From Felis catus (taxonomy: Eukaryota): a stretch of DNA of 64,000 bases. The stretch is from contig NC_058368.1 in NCBI RefSeq assembly GCF_018350175.1, positions 107,510,001-107,574,000 of the forward strand. Reading direction: 5' to 3'. Position 1 is the stretch's first letter, and every line of letters starts with the position of its first letter. Under the pieces are notes generated by a model. The model was not told the origin of the DNA and did not search any database. It worked only from the letters and a program-made list of their open reading frames with translations. The translations under genes and the position numbers were made by a program. Shown in pieces: positions 13,878 to 26,569 of the stretch.

Positions 13878-15017
13878 ATTTCAGTACTCACTCTAAATGT
13901 CAATGGGCTAAACCCTCCAATGAAAAGACATAGGCATCAGAATGGATAACAAAACAAGACCTATCTATATGCTGCTTACATGAGACTCATTTTAGACCTA
14001 AAGACACCTGCAGATTGAAAGTAGGGAGATGGAGAACCATCTACCATGCTAATGCTTGTCAACAGAAAGCTGGAGTAGCCATACTTATATCAGACAAACT
14101 AGATTTTGAAATAGACTGTAACAAGAGATGAAGAAGGACGTTTTATCATAATTAAAGGGTGTATCCACCAAGAAGATCTAACAATTGTAAGTATATATGC
14201 CCCCAATATGAGGGACTCCAAATAATCACAAACATAAAGATCAATTAATCATAAACATAAACTCATTGATAATAATACCGTAATAGTAGGGGACTGCAGC
14301 ACCCCACTTATAACAATTGACAGATCATCTAAGCAGAAAATCAGTAATGAAGCAATGGCTTTGAATGACACACTGGACCAGATGGACTAACCAGATATAT
14401 TCAGAACATTTAATCCTAGAGCAGTAGAATACACATTCTTCTTGAGCGCACATGGAATATTCTCCAGAAAAATCACATAGTGGGACACAAATAAGCCCTC
14501 AACAGGTACAAAAAATTGAGATCATACCTTACATATTTTTAGACCACAATGCTATGAAACTAGAAATCAACCACAAGAAAAAATTTGGGCAGACCATGAA
14601 TACTTGGAGATTAAAGAAAATCCTTGTAAAGAATGAATGTATTAACCAGGAAATTAAAGAGCAAATTAAAATGTACATGAAAGTCAATGAAAATGATAAC
14701 ACTACAGCTGAAAACCTCTAGGGTACAGCAAAGGTGGTCATAAGAGGGAAGTATATAGCAATCCAGGCCTTCCTAAAGAAGGAAGAAAGGTCTCAAGTAT
14801 ACACACTAACCTTACACCTAAAAGAGCTATAAAAAAAAAAAAAGAACCAATAATGCCCTAAACCAGCAGAAGACGGGAAATAATAAAGATTAGGGCAGAA
14901 ATCAATGATATCGAACTCAAAAAATAGAACACATGAATAAAACCAGGGGCTGGTTCTTTGAAATAGTTAATTGATCAACCCACAGCCATATTGATCAAAA
15001 AGAAACAGGAAAGGACT

Positions 15018-15253
15018 GGGGTGCCTGGGTGGCTCAGTTGGTTAGGTGCCCGACTTCGGCCTAGGTCATGATCTCACCATTGGTGGGTTCAAGCCCTGCG
15101 TCAGGCTCTATGCTGACAGCTCAGAACCCAAAGCCTGCTTTGGATTCTGTGTCTCCCCCTCTCTCTCTCTCTGCCCCTCCCCTGCTGGTACTCTATTTCT
15201 GTCTCTCTCAAAAATAAATAACCATTAAAATTTGTTTTTAAAAAAGAAAGAAA
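15018..15253 (+). mobile_element. CanSINE inside L1 ORF2
   Basis: Head ggggtgcctgggtggctcag, (CT)n, A-tail. TSD aaaagaaacaggaaa(g/t)gac. Confidence 0.95.
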
Positions 15254-17737
15254 AAAAGAAACAGGAAATGACCCAAATAAATAAAACCGATAATAAAAGA
15301 GGAGAGATTACAGCCAACATTGCAGAAATACAAACAATAATAAGAAAATATTATGAACAATGATATGCCAACAAACTGTGCAGTCTCACAATCTGGAAGA
15401 AATGGACGACTTACTTGAAACATATAAACTACCAAAACTGAAACAGGAAGAAAGAAAATTTGAACAGCCCCATAATTCAGTAAAAACATTGAATCAGTAA
15501 TCAAAAATCTCCCAACATACAAGAGTCGGGGGCCAGATGGCTTTCCAGAGGAATTCTACCAAACATTTAAAGAAGAGTTATCACCTATTCTTTTGAAGCT
15601 CGTCCAAAAAGTGGAAATGGAAGGAAAACTTCCAAACTCATTCTATGAGACCAGCATGACCTTGATTCCAAAACCAGACAAAGACCCCCTTAAAAAGGAA
15701 AACTACAGACCAATTTCCCTGATGAACGTGGATGCAAAAATTCTCAGCAAGATACTAGCAAACTAGATTCAGCAATACTTTAAAAGAGTTATTCACCACA
15801 GTCAAGTGGGATTTATTACTGGGATGCAGGGCTAGTTCAGTATCTGCACATCAATCAATGTGATATATAACATTAATAAAAGAAAGGATAAGAACCAGAT
15901 GTTCATCTCAATAGATACTGAAAAAGTATTTGACAAAATACAGTATCATTTCTTGATAAAAACCCTCAAGAAAATAGGGATAGAAGGATCATACCTCAAG
16001 ATCATGAAGGCCATATACAAAGACCCACAAGTAATATCATCTGCAATGGGGAAGAACTGAGAGTTTTCCCCCTAAGGTCAGGAACACAAGGATGTCCACT
16101 CTCACCACTGTTACTCATCATAGTGTTGGAAGTCCTAGCCTCAGCAATCAGACAACACAAAGAAAAGGTATCCACATTGGTAAGGAGTAAATCAAATTTT
16201 CACTCTTCACATACGACATGATATTCCATATGGAAAACCCAAAAGATTCCACCAAGAAACTGCTAGAGCTGATCCATGAATTCACAAAGTTGCAGCGTAT
16301 AAAATCAGTGCACAGAAACTGGTTGCATTTCTATACACCAGTAATGAGGCAGCAGAAAGAGAAATCAAGGAATGAATCTCATTTACAATTACACCAAAAA
16401 TCATGAAATACTTAGGAATAAACCTAACCAAAGAGTTAAAAAATCATGAAAACTGTAGAATACTTATGAAAGAAATTAAGGAAGGCACACAAAAATGGAG
16501 AAAGATTCCATGCTCATGGAGTGGAAGAACAAGTATTGTTAAAATGTTGATACTCTATGAAGTAATCTACATATGCAATGCAACCCCTATCAAAATAACA
16601 CCCACATTCTTCACAGAGCTAGAAGTAATAGTCCTAAAATTTGTATCAAACCAGAAAAGACCCCGAATTGCCAATGGGATCCTGAAAAAGAAACCAAAGC
16701 TGGAGGCATCACAGTTCTGGACTTCAAGCTGTATTACGATGTGGTAATCATCAAGACAGTATAGCACTGCCACAGGAACAGACACACAGATCAGTGGAAC
16801 AGAATAGAAAACCCATAAATGCACCTACAAAAATATGGTGAACTCATGTTTGACCAAGCAAGAAAGAATATCCAATGGAAAAAAAAAAACGACAGTCTCT
16901 TCAGCAAATGATGTTGGGAAAATTGGACAGCAATTCAGAAGAATGAACCTGGACCACTTTCTTACACCATACACAAAAATAATGTCAAAATAGATGAAAG
17001 ACCTAAACATAAGACATCAGAATTCTGTAGGAGAAAGCAGGCAACAACTTCTTTGACCTCAGTCCAGCAACTTCTTACTTGACCTGTCTCTAGAGACCAG
17101 GGAAACAAAATCAAAAATGAACTATTGGGACCTCATCAAGATAAAAAACCTTCTGCTCAGTGAAGGAAACAACAGCAAAACTAAAAGGCAACTGACAGAA
17201 TGGGAGAAGATATTTGCAAATGACACATCAGATAGAGGGTTAGTATCCAAAATCTATAAAGAACTTGTCAAACTCAATACCTAAAAAACAAATAATCCAG
17301 TGAAGAAATGGGCAGAAGACATGAATAAATACTTGTCCAAAGAAGACATCCAGATGGCTCAATATTAGTCATCATCAGGGAAATACAGATCAAAACCACA
17401 ATGAGATACCACTTCACACTTGTCAGAATGGCTAAAATTAACAACTCAGGCAAACACACATGTTGGCAAGGATGCAGAGAAAAAGGAACCCTAATGCACT
17501 GTTCATGGGAATGCAAACTGGTGAAGCCACTCTGGAAAACAGTATGGAGTTTTCTCAAAAAATTAAAAATAGAACTACCCTATGACCCAGCAATTACACT
17601 ACTATGTATTTATCCAAAGGATACAAGAGTGCTGATTTGAAGGGGCACATCCACCCCAATGTTTATAGCTGTACTACTGACAAAGTATGGAAAGAGCACA
17701 AATGTCTGTTTACAGATAAATGGATAAAGCAGATGTG

Positions 17738-17739
<2 letters not shown>

Positions 17740-17785
<46 letters not shown>

Positions 17786-17871
17786 CACATGTGTATATAT
17801 ATACATATGTACATCTGTATATGTGTGTGTGTGTATATATGTGTGTATATATGTATATATATGTGTGTGTG

Positions 17872-17912
<41 letters not shown>
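17740..17912. repeat. Compound (TG)/(TA)/(CA) microsatellite
   Basis: Directly visible; expanded inside the L1 ORF2 3' end. Confidence 0.95.
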
Positions 17913-17915
<3 letters not shown>

Positions 17916-18242
17916 GAATGGAGTATTACTAGCCAATCGTGAAGAATTAAATCTTGCCATTTGCAACAACATAGATTATGATAAGCGAAATAATAAGTCA
18001 GAAAGAGAAAGACAAGTATCATATGATTTCACTCATATGTGGAATTTAAGAAACAAAACGTATGAACATAAGGTAAGAGAATTAAAAAAGATAAAGACAG
18101 AGAGGGAGACAAACCATAAGAGACTCTTAAATACATAGCCACCCATTTGGAAGGGGACAGTTGGAATATATATATATAGAATGAGACAGTTGACTAGGTA
18201 TTTCTTAATATCCCACTTTGCTTCAATATTGAAGTTTATTAT

Positions 18243-18469
18243 GGGGCGCCTGGGTGGCTCAGTCAGTTAAGCACCAGCTCAGGTCATGATCTCATGGTTC
18301 ATGGATTCAAGCCCCATGTTGGGCTCTGTGCTGACAGCTCAGAGCCTGGAAGCTGTTTCAGATTCTGTGTCTGCCTCTCTCTCTGACCCTCCCCCGCTTA
18401 AACTCTCTCCCTGTCTCTCTGTCTCTGTATCTCTCAAAGATAAATAAGCTTTAAAAATTTTAAAAAAAT
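18243..18469 (+). mobile_element. CanSINE
   Basis: Head ggggcgcctgggtggctcag. TSD atattgaagtttattat. Confidence 0.95.
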
Positions 18470-18578
18470 ATATTGAAGTTTATTATTTTTTAAATACTAT
18501 TATTTATACTCCTGTTTCCATGGAAAATAAGTGGTAATTATCTATTATATGTGAATCGATAGAAGCATTAGTGACAAA

Positions 18579-18667
18579 AGAATAGAATAGGAATAGAATA
18601 GAATAGGAAGAGAATAGGAGAGAGCAAGGAAGAGGGGAAGATGAGAGAGATAGAGACAGAGAAAGAG
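18579..18667. repeat. (GAATA)n grading into a GA-rich tract
   Basis: Directly visible. Confidence 0.85.
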
Positions 18668-18916
18668 TGACTTCCCTTAAAATGTATTTTTAAAAATTTG
18701 AACCAAACACATCTCTTTTGGTTCACAGCAGGGGGCATGTTCAATTCTACAAATCCTGTCAGTCTTTGTGTAATTTTTTTCTCAATAAATATACATATTC
18801 ACTGCTTTGTATGCATTTTATCACGTACTCATCGCAAGGCCAATGAAACAGGCTTTTTTCTTTCTAAAATTAAAGAAGTTAAGGTATACAGAGGCCAAAT
18901 AATTTTCCAACATTAC

Positions 18917-19028
18917 CAGGATGAATGGCAAAGCTGAGGATGAAATCCAAGGTTGTTCTCTAAAGGTCACATTGTCATCTGCTTTGGTATATATCTTTTC
19001 CCCGTTAACAGACCACTCCCAGTGATTC
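18917..19028 (-). pseudogene. Candidate exon E
   Basis: Acceptor ctcactgggcccctccttag|19028. The only open frame is phase 2: (R)NHWEWSVNGEKIYTKADDNVTFREQPWISSSALPFIL. Donor CTG|gtaatg. May extend to ~18700. Confidence 0.55.
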
Positions 19029-19479
19029 CTAAGGAGGGGCCCAGTGAGAATATTGTACAACACATGCTCTAGGACAAGATATGAAATGTCAATGGAATGA
19101 TATCATTTATTTCTAATTTAAAGGTTATCCTTTCTTGTACTGCATTCTTTGAATTTTTAATTTGGCAAGCTAAAAGTTTGGGAAATGTTTCAAAATTGAA
19201 AATTCTTAGCAGTCAGTGGTGCTCAAATAATCCATAAATTTATATCAAGCGCATGGCACTTGAATATTTATTGAAAATACAGATAGGTTCAGAAAGATAA
19301 AATTTCATAATTAATGTGTTTTGTGACTTATAGTACCTCTGTAGTGCAAAGGTACTTTAGTGCTTTGTATTTATAAAGCTTGTTACCTAAATGTAATTTA
19401 ATAATGGTTGTTTTAGTTGTGGTGAAGCTTGAAAGGAGAAAATCCAGATAAACTGCTGTGTTCTCTACTGGGCACCTAC

Positions 19480-19667
19480 CTTAGAGTGCATCATCCAATC
19501 ATGAATGAACATCTCACAGCAGCCTTGACCTGCTCGCCTCCTCTGTTTTCCTTTGCAGTGGGTAATTTTTTAAAAATCTGCTGGCACCCTGGATTCACTT
19601 TTGTCTTAGATATTTTATTGTCTTTTATTGGGGTATATTTGCAGATGTTGGGTAGGGTTCTTTGAAG
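19480..19667 (-). pseudogene. Candidate exon D with an in-frame TGA
   Basis: cag|LQRTLPNICKYTPIKDNKISKTKVNPGCQQIFKKLPTAKENRGGEQVKAAVRCSFMIG*CTL-AG|gtaggt. Ends in phase 2, matching exon E. Acceptor pyrimidine tract is poor. Confidence 0.5.
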
Positions 19668-20186
19668 CTGTACAGTATTTTTATTTGCTAAATATTTGAA
19701 TTCCCTGCAGAACTTTTGTGTGACAATAGTAAGATGCTGAATGAATCCATAATTTCCAAAGATTAAATAGGCTTAATGGTGGAGCATGGATTGAAGTATA
19801 TGGCTACTCTACTCAAAATGGTCACTGTTTATTATAAGATAAGGAGAGCTCACAATGAGATGAAATCACCAGATGGGCCCCTTGAATCCTGGAGCTTGTG
19901 ATTGGAGACAGTGTTTAAACTGACAATTTCCTGTTTTCCTAAAAAAATTCCAAATTCCTCTTATGGCATGTAGGTTGGATTTTTTTAACACAGTAAAAAG
20001 GTGATTGAAAATAAGTTCCAAAGGAGGAGAGTTTATATTTTTGAGCTAAACTTGTCATATTGAATCACCCACATGTAGGATGTTCACTCAACAAATTCTC
20101 CTAAGAATCTAAAGTGAGAATTGTATCTGTTTTCTTTCTATAAGGAGGCTACAAACAATTTTTAAAACTGCTTTTGTTAAATCAGG

Positions 20187-20190
20187 CACA

Positions 20191-20238
<48 letters not shown>
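20187..20238. repeat. (CA)n microsatellite
   Basis: Directly visible. Confidence 0.95.
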
Positions 20239-20242
<4 letters not shown>

Positions 20243-20295
20243 ATTTAATTATTCTGTGGCAAACATTTGTCTTTGAATTTCCTTACTAATACTGA

Positions 20296-21080
20296 TTGTC
20301 TTAGTTTCCTCCAGAAGCTGACCCAGAGTCAAAGATTGAGGTGCAAGCAGTGTATTTGAGAAGTTGTAAGGACATTGGTAGGCTAGTGAGGAAGAGAAAC
20401 AGAAGGGGAACCAACCATGACGGAGCAACTGGAGCTAAATCGTGTAGGGAAACTCTGGAATATGATGCCTAACACACATCTCAGAATTGTACCTCCAATG
20501 GATACAGCATAGCCATGGCTGAAGAATTGCTCCCTGGTGGGTGTTAATTCTTTGTCTTCTGGTCTGGTCTGCTTCTGGGCAGAGCAACCATGACAGACTG
20601 TATTTTTCAAACATGACCACAGTGAGATTTCTCATCCTGCATGCTGTTCAAACGTTATGACTGTGACACTCTTCTCATCTGGATAAGGGATTTTTATGTA
20701 TCCTTTTCTTGAATTTGTGCATAATTATGGTCACAGTGGAAACAATGCTTTATGACTTCTAAGCCTAGATCATAAAAGGTGATACAACTTGTACTTGGTT
20801 CTTTTGGAATACTTTCACTTGGAACCTAAGTGTCATGCTGTGAGGAGGCCCATGGCTTCCTGTGGAGAAACCCAAATGGAGAAGAACAGGCCGCCAGCAT
20901 CAATATGCCAGCTATGTAAGTGAGCCATCTTGAAAGAGAATCCTCCACTTCTAGTAGAGCTATCCCACTTAACACTGCATGGAACATGATCTAATCCTGC
21001 CGAACCCTGCTCATTTTATTAAATGTAACAAAATAAGTGACTTTTGTTGAATCAAACCATTACTAATTTGGGGTGGCATT
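20296..21080 (+). mobile_element. Nested MaLR LTRs (an MLT1 LTR with an MLT1G/H-like LTR from ~20590 whose end resumes at 26302-26338)
   Basis: 'atgacttctaagcctagatcataaaagg...catgctgtgaggaggccc' motifs. The terminal 'aatagataattggtaca' lies beyond the L1. Strand refers to the inner LTR. Confidence 0.7.
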
Positions 21081-21082
21081 TT

Positions 21083-24000
21083 ATTTTAATTTATTTATTT
21101 TAATTTACATACATTAATTAGCATATAGTGCAATACTGATTCCCAGAGTAGGTTACAGCAATTCATCCCTTGTGTATAACACTGAGTGCTTATCCTAGCA
21201 AGTGTCTTTCTTAATGCCCCTTTACCATTTAGCCCATGTCCCCACCCACAACCCTCCAGCAACCCTCTGTTTGTTCTCTGAATTTAAGAGTCTCTTATGT
21301 TCTGTACCCCCTCCTTGTTTTTATATTACTTTTGCTTCCCTTCCCTTGTGTTCTTCTGTTTTGTATCTTAGATTCCTCATGTGAGTGATGTCATATGATA
21401 GTTGTCTTTCTCTGACTAATTTTGGTTAGCACAATACCCTCTCGTTCTAACCACATAATTACACAAGGCAAGATTTCACTCTTTGATTGCCGAGTAATAC
21501 TCCATTGTATATACATACCATGTTTTCTTTATCCATTCATCTGTTGATGGACATTTGGGCTCTTTCCAAACTTTGGCTATTGTAGATAGCACTGCTATAA
21601 ACACTGGGTGCATGTGCCCCTTTGAAACAGCACACCTGTATCCCTTGGATAAATACCTAGTAGTGTAATTCCTGGGTCATAGGGTAGTTCTATTTTTAAT
21701 TTGTGGGGGAACCTCCATACTGTTTTCCAGAGTGGCTTCACTAGTTTGCAACCCACCAGCATTGCAAAAGAGCTCCTCTTTCTCCTCATCCTCACTACCA
21801 TATGTGTTTGCCTGAGTTGTTAATTTTAGACATTCTGACTGTTGTGAAGGGGTATCTCATTGTGGTTTTGATTTGTATTTCCCTGAAAATCAGTGATGTG
21901 GAGCATTTTTTAATGTGTCTGTTAGATATTTGGATGTCTTCTTTGGAGAAGTGTCTATTCATGTCTTTTGCCCGTTTCTTCACTGGATTATTTGTTTCCT
22001 GGTGTTGAATTTGATAACTTCCTTATAGATTTTGGATACTCTTTATCTGATATGTCATTTACAAATATCTTCTCCTATTCTGTTGGTTGTCTTTTAGTTT
22101 TGCTGATTGTTTCCTTTGCTTTGCAGAAGGTTTTTATTTTGATGAGGTCCCAATAGTTCATTATTACTTTTGTTTCCCTTGCCTCCAGAGATGCGTTGAG
22201 TAAAAAATTGCTATGGCTGAGGTCAAAGAGGTTTTTGGCTGCTTTCTCCTCGAGGATTTTGATGGCTTCCTTTCTTACATTTAGGTCTTTCATCCATTTT
22301 GAGTTTTTTGTGTATGGTGTAAGAAAGTGGTCCAGGTTCATTTTTCTTCCTGTTGCTGTCCAGTTTCCCAGCACCATTTGCTGAAAAGACTGTCTTTTTT
22401 CCCATTGGATATTCTTTCCTACTTGGTTAAAGATGAGTTGGCCATACATTTGTAGGTCCATTTTTGGGTTTTCTATTCTGTTCCATTGATCTCTGTGTCT
22501 GTTCTTGTGGCATTGCTATACTGTCTTGATGATTACAGTTTTGTAATAAAGCTTTAAGTCTGGGACTGTGATACCTCCAGCTTTGGTCTTCTTTTTTAGG
22601 ACTGCTTTGGCTATTCGGAGTCTATTCTGGTTCCATACAAATTTTAGGGTTGTTCTAGCTCTATGAAGAATGCTGGTGTTATTTTGATAGGGATTGTGTT
22701 GAATATGTAGATTGCTTTGGGTAGTATTGACATTTTAACAATATTTGTTCTTATCCATGAGCATGGAATATTTTTCCATTTTCTTATTCTTCTTCAATTT
22801 CTTTCATAAGCTTTCTATAGTTTTCAGTGTATAGATTATTCAGCTATTTGGTTGGGTGTATTCTTAGGTATTTTATGGGTTTTGGTACAATTGTAAATGG
22901 GATCGATTCCTTGATTTCTCTTTCTGTTCCTTCATTTTTGGTATATAGGAATGCAACCGATTTCTCTGCATTGATTTTATACTCTGCAACTTTGCTGAAT
23001 TCATGGATCAGTTCTGCCAGTTTTTTGGGGAATCTTTTGGGTTTTCCATATAGACTATCATTTCACCTGTGAAGAGAAAAAGTTTGACTTCCTCCTTGGT
23101 GATTTGGATGCCTTTTATTCCTTTGTATTGTCTGACTGCTGAGGCTAAGACTTCCAATACTATGTTGAATAACAGTGGCGAGAGTGGACGTCCCTGTCAT
23201 GTTCCTGACCTTAGGGGGAAAGCTCTCAGTTTTTCCCCATTGAGGATGATTATTAGCCGTGGGTCTTTGATATACGGTTTTTATGATCTTAGGGTATGAT
23301 CCTTCTATCCCTACATTCCTGAGGGTTTTTATCAAGAAAGGATGCTGTGTTTTGTCAAATGCTTTCTCTGCATCTTTTGAGAGGATCATGTGGTTCTTAT
23401 CCTTTCTTTTCTTGGTGTAAGGTATCACATTGATTGTTTTGCAGATATTGAACCAGCCCTGTGTCCCAGGAATAAATCCCACTTGGTCGTGGTGAATAAT
23501 TCTTTTAATGTATCATTGGATCCAGTTGGCTAGTATCTTTTTGAGGATTTTTGCATCCATGTTCATCAGGGAAATTGGTCTGTAGTTCTCCTTTTTAAGG
23601 GGGTCTCTGTCTGGTTTTGGAATCAACGCCAATGCTGGTGTCATAAAATGAGTTTGGAAGTTTTCCTTCCATTTCTATTTTTTGGCTCAGATTCAAAAGA
23701 GGAAGTGTTAACTCTTCTTTAAATGTTTAGTAGAATTCCTCTAGAAAGCTATCTGGCCCTGGACTCTTGCTTTTTGGGAGATATTTTATTAGTAATTTGA
23801 TTTCTTTATGGGTTATGGATCTGTGTCAATTTTCTATTTCTTCTTGTTTCAGTTTTGGTAGTTTATATGTTTCTAGGAACTTTCCCATTTCTTCCAGATT
23901 GCCCTTTTTATTGGTATGCAACTGCTGATAGTATTCTCTTACTATTGTTTGTATTTCTGCCGTGTTGGTTGTGATCTCTCCTCTTTCATTCTTGATTTTA

Positions 24001-26301
24001 TTTATTTGGGTCCTTTCCTTTTTCTTTTTGATAAAACTGGCTAGGGGATTATCAATTTTGTTAATTATTTCAAAGAACCAGCTCCTGGTTTCATTGATCT
24101 GTTCTTTTTTTTTTTTTTTTTTTTTTGGTTTTGATATCTTCGATTTCTGCTCTAATCTATTATTTTCCATCTTCTGGTTTTCATTATTTGCTGTTCTTGT
24201 TCCAGTTCTTTAAGGTGTAAGGTCAGGTTGCCTATCTGAGACCTTTCTTTCTTCCTTTAGGAAGGCCTGAATTGTTATATACTTCCCTCTTATGAGCACC
24301 TTTGCTGTGTCCCAGAGGTTTGGGGCTGTGGTGTTATCATTTTCATTGGTTTCCATATACTTTTTAATTTCCTCTTTAACTTCTTGGTTGGCTCATTCAT
24401 TTTTTAGTAGGATGTTCTTTTGTCTCCAAGTATTTGTTGTCTTCGCAAATTTTTTCTTATTGATTTAGAGTTTCATGGCACTGTGGTCTAAAAATATGCA
24501 AATTATGATCTTGATCTTTTTGTACTTGTTGAGGGCTGATTTGTGTCCCAGTATGTGATCTATTCTGGAGAATATTCCATATGCACTCTAGAAGAATGTG
24601 TATTTTGCTTTAGGATGAAATGTTCTGAATACATCTGTTAAGTCCATTCGGTCTAGTGTGTTATTCAAAACTATTGTTTTCTTGTTGACTTTCTGTTTAG
24701 ATGATCTGTCCATTGCTGTAAGTGGGGTACCATAATACCTACAATTATGGTATTGTTATCAATGAGTTTCTGCATATTTGTGATTAAGTCATTTATATAT
24801 TTGGGCATTTCCATGTTTGGAGCATAAATGTTTACAATTGTTAGTTCTTGGTGGATAGACCCCTTAATTATTATATAATGCCCTTCTTCATCTCTTGTTA
24901 AAGTCTTTATTTATAAGTCTAGATTGTCTGATATAAGTACAGCTACTCTGGCATTGTTTGGCAACCATTAGCATGTTAGATGGTTCTCCATCCCCTTACT
25001 TTCAGTCTGAAGGTGTCTTTAGGTCTACAGTGGGTCTCTTGTAAACAGCATATAGATGGATCTTGTTTGCTTATCCATTCTGTTACCCTATGTCTTTTGT
25101 TTGGAGCATTTAATCCTTTGACATTTAGAGTGAGTACTGAAAGATAAGAATTTATTGCCATTATGTTGTCTTTAGATCTGGAGTTTCTGGTGGTGTTTTC
25201 TGTCCTTTCTAGTCTTTGTTGCTTTTGGTCTTGTTTTGTTTTTGTTTTTTGTTTTATTATTTTTTTTGTCTTTTCTCCCCTCAGAGAGTCCCCCTTAAAA
25301 TTTCTTGCAGGGCTGGCTTAGTCATCACAAACTCCTTTAGTTTTTCTTTGTCTGCGAAACTTTTTATCTCTCCTTCTATTTTGAATGACAGCCTCGCAAG
25401 ATATTGAATTCTTGACTGCATGTTTTTCAAATACAGCACATTGAATATATCCTGCCACTCCTTTATGGACTGACAATTTTCTGTGGCTAGGTCTGCTGTG
25501 AACCTTATCTGTCTTCCCTTGTATATTAAGGACTTTTTTTCCCCTTGCTACTTTCATAATTCTTTCCTTGTCTGAGTATTTTGTGAATTTGACTATGATA
25601 TGCCTTATTGATGGTCAGTTGTTGTTGAAACTAATGGTAGTTCTCTATGCTTCTTGGATTTTTTATGTCTGTGTCTTTCCCCAGGTTAGGAAAATTTTCT
25701 GCTATGATTGGCTCACATAAACCTTCTATCCATTTTTCTCTCTCTTCATCTTCTGGGACCCCTATTATTCGGATGTTATTCCTTTTTAATGAGTCATTGA
25801 GTTCTCTAATTCTTATATTGTGCTCTTTTGCTTTACTTTCCCTCTTTTTTTCTGCTTCATTATTCTCCATAAGTTTGTCTTCTATATTACTAATTTGCTG
25901 TTCTGCTCATCCATCCTTGCTGCTGTGGCATTCATTCGAGATTGCATCTCAGTTATAGCATTTTTAATTTCATCCTGACTAGATTTTACTTCTTTTATGT
26001 CCTTAGAAAGCGATTTTATGCTTTTTTCAACCCCAGCTAGTAGTCTTATTATTGTGATTCTAAATTCTGGTTCAGACATCTTGCTTGTAGCTGTGTTGAT
26101 TAAGTCCCTGGCTGTCATTTCTTCCTCTTCTTTCTTTTTAGGTCAATTACTGCTGAGTTCTGTGCTTCAAGTTGTGCAGACTGTTGTGTTAATCCTCAAA
26201 TCAGTTTTCTACGTGTGCAAGATGCTTTGGTGTTGATCTAGCTGCATTTAAGGGAAGAGAGAGGCAGAAAAACTTACTCGCTGCTCTGCCATCTTCACCC
26301 C
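21083..26301 (-). mobile_element. Carnivoran L1 with intact 5' terminus but most of the 5'UTR and the ORF1 start missing (candidate spliced L1, SpIRE)
   Basis: 5' end ggggtgaagatggcagagcag at 26301. After 152 nt it joins ORF1 (…KKEEEEMTARDLINT). Full decayed ORF2, 3'UTR and A-tail at ~21083. Degenerate TSD tggggtggcatttt / tggactggctttt. Confidence 0.92.
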
Positions 26302-26439
26302 TGGACTGGCTTTTTAGCTAACAATAGATAATTGGTACACTTTTTTTCTGTACCAGCTACCATGAGTGGCACCTAAGTTCTCCCCTTGAAACCATCACAT
26401 GAACCTTTGTAACTGCCGTAACCATATATTTGAATTGAG

Positions 26440-26510
26440 TATTTTAAGTATAATACTGTATGTTAATTATACTGGATTTTTAAAAATAAATAAATAAAAA
26501 TTTAAAAAAC
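26440..26510 (+). mobile_element. Very short L1 3' terminus with A-tail
   Basis: 'tataatactgtatgttaattatactgg' followed by an A-rich tail. Confidence 0.6.
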
Positions 26511-26569
26511 ATAGGATAAATAGAAAAAAAATGCAGTTGCAGTTGTAGATCAGCATTTTGATGTTTAGG

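Larger units (their letters stand above)
12100..18137 (+). mobile_element. Near full-length decayed carnivoran L1 (part of 5'UTR, ORF1 from 12668, ORF2; lacks the end of the 3'UTR and the polyA)
   Basis: T-rich late 5'UTR, ORF1 MTKLRNLAQKKEQEE..., EN, RT and C-terminal Cys-rich fragments. Confidence 0.95.

Noticed and set aside
17604..18138. Overlapping ORFs rich in YI/CV/HT
   Set aside because: Translations of a dinucleotide microsatellite.
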